Assembly (NCBI RefSeq): GCF_000150275.1
Contig: NW_002060950.1
Coordinates: forward strand, 254,679-318,678
Reading direction: 5' to 3'
Origin: Trichoplax adhaerens
Taxonomy: Eukaryota; Animalia; Placozoa
Length of the DNA: 64,000 nucleotides
Part shown: positions 60,319 through 64,000 of the stretch, one piece after another
Position numbering within the stretch: position 1 is the first letter of the stretch
How the letters are laid out: the number at the start of each line of letters is the position of its first letter
The notes under the pieces: generated by a model
The model's input: only the letters and a program-made list of their open reading frames with translations
The model's database searches: none
What the model was told of the DNA's origin: nothing
Program-made: the position numbers and the translations under genes

Positions 60319-60849
60319 ACTTTTTGGGGGGCTTAACACTAATTGTATATTATTATAGTAATATACATATACTGAACTAGAAGTGATTCGAGCGGAAATA
60401 CAGTGCAAGACTTTAACCATAAACAAAACAAATTAATTAAATTATTGCTCCACGTTAAAAAAACGTCAAAAATAGTGACTTAAAATACTAGCTCGTTTCT
60501 TGTCGTGTAGTACTGTAATTTTTTGGGGGTGCAAATAGTTTATCATCTTATTGCAATAATGAATCAGACGCTATACAGCCAGACAGATGGTGTGCACACA
60601 GACTGGATACAAAGTCGTAGGGTAATCATTTATTATCATTTATTACATTAAAATTGTGATGTCTCTGTCGACGAAACGACAGAGCGTTTAAGCTAGCCAT
60701 CATCAGTAGGAGATAATAAATACTGTAGGCTATAGAATCGAATTTCCCACAAGGTTTTACATCGATATGTTATGTTCAACCATACAGTACAGTGCTGTAC
60801 AGCTATAAGTTCACCAACTTAATCAGAAACCAGTGCGCTTAATAACAGT

Positions 60850-60996
60850 CAACCCGAAACCCGAGTTGAACCCGACTCGAGGGAGGGATGGATTCGCGTT
60901 AGAAATTTCGGTAGTGATACAGTGTTTGTAGAGCGATTGCACTCATTTCGGGCTAGAAAATCAACCATTTGATCGGATTCGATCGGGTTTGGGTTG
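60850..60996. mobile_element. About 147-bp foldback/MITE-like element with AACCCG-rich inverted ends
   Basis: Left caacccgaaacccgagttgaacccga; reverse complement of right end caacccaaacccgatcgaatccga. GC-rich relative to the surroundings. Confidence 0.55.
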
Positions 60997-61606
60997 CTTT
61001 TTTACTCCTTTTCAAGGACTCTACAAGAAACCTCATACAGTACTATAAATGGCTCTTCAGCTCTTGGCCTTGGGTGGCACCTGATGTGACAAGACTGGCA
61101 TTAGTTTATACAAGGGCTGGACTGCGCCACACTACTACAGTACTCAAGTAGTACTCTGCCGTACTGGACTGTACTTGGAGCATATCTGATAGCAATTACT
61201 GTAGCATACTAACTTTGAACGACTTCTTGTTAAGCCCAGCCCAAACGTGTATGTGCAGGTACCTACGTATTGCCCTCCTGCTTTTGTTCAATCATAATAA
61301 TGACCATCTACCGTCCATTCAACGAGTGAACGCGTTAAAACCAGTATCCAGTAGTCTTGAATTATAAATATCGAAGATAGCTGGTTAGCATCCCATTTGC
61401 AACGGTGTAAGCTTGGGTTTAGACGGCAAATAGACAATTTTGGAAGCGACTAACATACCATTACTACCGATCAAAAGATACAACGACGACTGTCCTATTG
61501 TTGGTTGACCCATTGGAGACGCCTACCTATTGGAACAACTAGCATAGCGGTCGAGTTAAAAGCAATCTAATCGATTGTGATAAGCGAGTAGAGGTAGTAG
61601 TAGAAT

Positions 61607-62893
61607 ATGTCGACGAAAGATCAATCGATTACATCAAAAACAACGAATAAGGCTGATCGTCATCAAGAGAAATTGTTTCTAGCTGATGTTAAAGCGATAA
61701 TTATCGAAGCTGGTCTCGGTAAAACACGTAGCGCTATCTTGAAGAAACAGTTAATAGTCTACGGTGGTCAATACCATCGTTCAATTCAATCTGATACAAC
61801 TCATATCATAGCCAGTAAAAATATCAAACTTGCTAGATTGTGTACTATCCTTAAAATCGATACTATTCCATCGAATTTAATTGTGGTTGATGCAGACTGG
61901 TTGAGCCAAAGTTTAACCAAAGGCCAATTAATTGATGTTGGCCAATTTAATTTAGTCAAACGTGTTCAACCTAAAACAACATCAGTACAATTGGATAAGG
62001 CGCTGACGAAGGACGACAATGCAGCTACCCTTGAACATGGCAAGAAAGAGCAGATTAAACGTCATTCTGATGCATCGCCTTGCACTGACAACTCCGATCA
62101 TAATGAGGTATTGAATTGAACTACGTTTCACCAATACCTTCAATATTCCTTGTCGATAGTCAATTTGAATACACTAATGCGAATGAAAATGCATCATCTA
62201 TAACGTTAAAAACATCAATCAATTGACTTTTGCATTTAAAAATGATTTCAATTTAGATGTATCAAAGTTATTCATACAGTACAGCTAACTGCTTAACTAC
62301 AGGTAAATATAGTATATAAGGATATTTACTTGTATACTGGATGGATGAGAGATGACATCAATACGCGAAGAAACGATCGAAAAAATTAACATAATTATAG
62401 TTCTCATCTTCCCAGTCTATGTTTAACATGTTCCATATGCTGCTAATGTAATAAATCTCATAATAAACAATTTCTATCATTATGAATAATAGTTGTATCG
62501 AATTAAGTATCCACTCCATACAACCAACTAGAAGCAAACTACCTCTTAATATTATTTAAATACCAAAAAAAATGTTTTCAGAAACTAGTTTTAAAATGGA
62601 AAATTGGAACATGTAAATAAACAATCCATCTCCTATTAAATTAGGTACCACCAGCTAGTCAAAAACGACTGTTAGAAGAAAAGAAAATTTCATCACCGGT
62701 GTGGCTAAAAATCAAGCGCGGTCGATTTAGTAAAACAAATACAAAGAAACGAGCAATTGGCAACAGTAATATCATTCATCAACCTCTCGATTCTGATAGC
62801 GATTACGTTGAATCTGATGATGATAATAATGCAAATACATCAGAAATTGAAATGGTCTTATCTCAACTTCCAGCCAAATATACTGCAAAGCCG
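61607..62893 (+). CDS. POLL: DNA polymerase lambda, N-terminal BRCT domain and linker (3' partial; continues beyond the window)
   Basis: Exon 61607-62107 encodes FLADVKAIIIEAGLGKTRSAILKKQLIVYGG...THII...RLCTILK...VVDADWLSQSL, matching the recalled Pol lambda BRCT (GIGRARAELFEKQIVQHGG...THIVV...WLSLCL). A second in-frame exon spans 62645-62893. The catalytic domain is not in the window. Confidence 0.85.
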
Positions 62894-64000
62894 GTAAGCT
62901 ATCCTATGTTCATCTAATTATATGTGCATTATTATATTGATTCAATTAAAGGAGACAACCTGTTAATGCTCAGCGTAATGGATAGATCTTAGAGAAATTA
63001 GGAGTTTTTCTTATGCGTATAGTAATCACTTGAACTACCGACAGGATATTTTTTCACTTCTCAGACATTAAAATCTACTGTAGACTTTGTTATATTAAAA
63101 TTTTAATTAATGTCGCAACCGAACCCCTTAGCAGTATGAAGCCATATGCTTCAAAGTCAATCGGAAATAATTAATTAGTTCATTAGCCGATCACCATATT
63201 GGGTAAATAATTAGGCACATGAATTTCTGAATATGACAGGGGTATTAATCCTAAGCAATACCAAAAACCATATTCTAAAAGCACATCAACTATCACCAAA
63301 AGTTGATCTCATTTTCGTCTAACTTTCAAGGATACAACTGATATATATTATCCTGTATATATAACTCATTCATTAAAATATTATGACTTTGAAATTTCAA
63401 TATTTTATCACATTACAGTGAATGTAGTCTATCAATCCTGCCATATCAACGCACCAACATTACTAAGAGAATACGCATATTGTGGCATAAATACTGTTGA
63501 ATTCTCATAACAAATCCTTATCACAATGCAGCACGATATAGCTATAGTCTATTGCTTTTTACGATTTTAAATTGAAGTTATTCAATAAGAACATAGTACT
63601 AATGTAAGATAGAACGTCTACCTTTAAGATTAGTATTTATAACGTTTTTCGTATGAGGTTTCATTATTTACTGTTCGTTACCATCAGATAATTATAATCC
63701 TATGCTAGATTTAGGCACCTTATAGATTAGGAAATAAAAATATAAAATATACTCCATTATCTGATTTTATGATATACAGTAGTATCTAGATAATAAAAAT
63801 CAATACGCCTTAACCAATTTCTATATTTCATATCGGAGTGATAATTAATTGTAGCCAAGTAAAAAAATTTCTGGCAAATTTAAAATTCCGTAGTGGGACT
63901 ATTGATATTCCTTAAAGTTACGTATAATTAGTAATACATTTAACGATTATTTACAAACTACCGTGCATTAAGTGGTAAATAATTTCGAATAAGATGGTAC

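Noticed and set aside
61405-61435. Resemblance to the large-subunit rRNA segment GAGCTGGGTTTAGACCG
   Set aside because: Match is only about a dozen bases and the flanks do not continue.
58400-61500. DPCD gene head-to-head with POLL, as in mammals
   Set aside because: Only a short ENSNPIF-like peptide near 59900 on the minus strand; no consistent exon chain or other DPCD motifs.

Overview
AT-rich, intron-dense eukaryotic (animal) DNA with many short GT-AG introns. Composition and gene compactness suggest a placozoan such as Trichoplax, but that is inference only. Left to right: the 3' part of a FANK1-like ankyrin gene (+); two full-length tandem DysF-type ferlins (dysferlin/myoferlin-like, about 55 exons each, -); one or two multi-exon orphan genes encoding low-complexity, probably disordered protein, one part built from a 250-bp exon+intron duplication (-); an accessory patch with a six-copy 124-136 bp double-hairpin tandem array, an inverted partial copy of it and a 115-bp CAGGG-ended MITE; a motif-divergent MCCC2-like carboxyltransferase (-); a TBC1D10-like Rab GAP (-); tRNA-Glu(CTC); and the BRCT-encoding 5' end of DNA polymerase lambda (+). 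The least explained region is 39.5-47 kb (orphan gene(s), hairpin array, MITE family). Gene models were spliced by eye and homologies recalled from memory; no searches were run. I cannot claim a new biological system from sequence alone.
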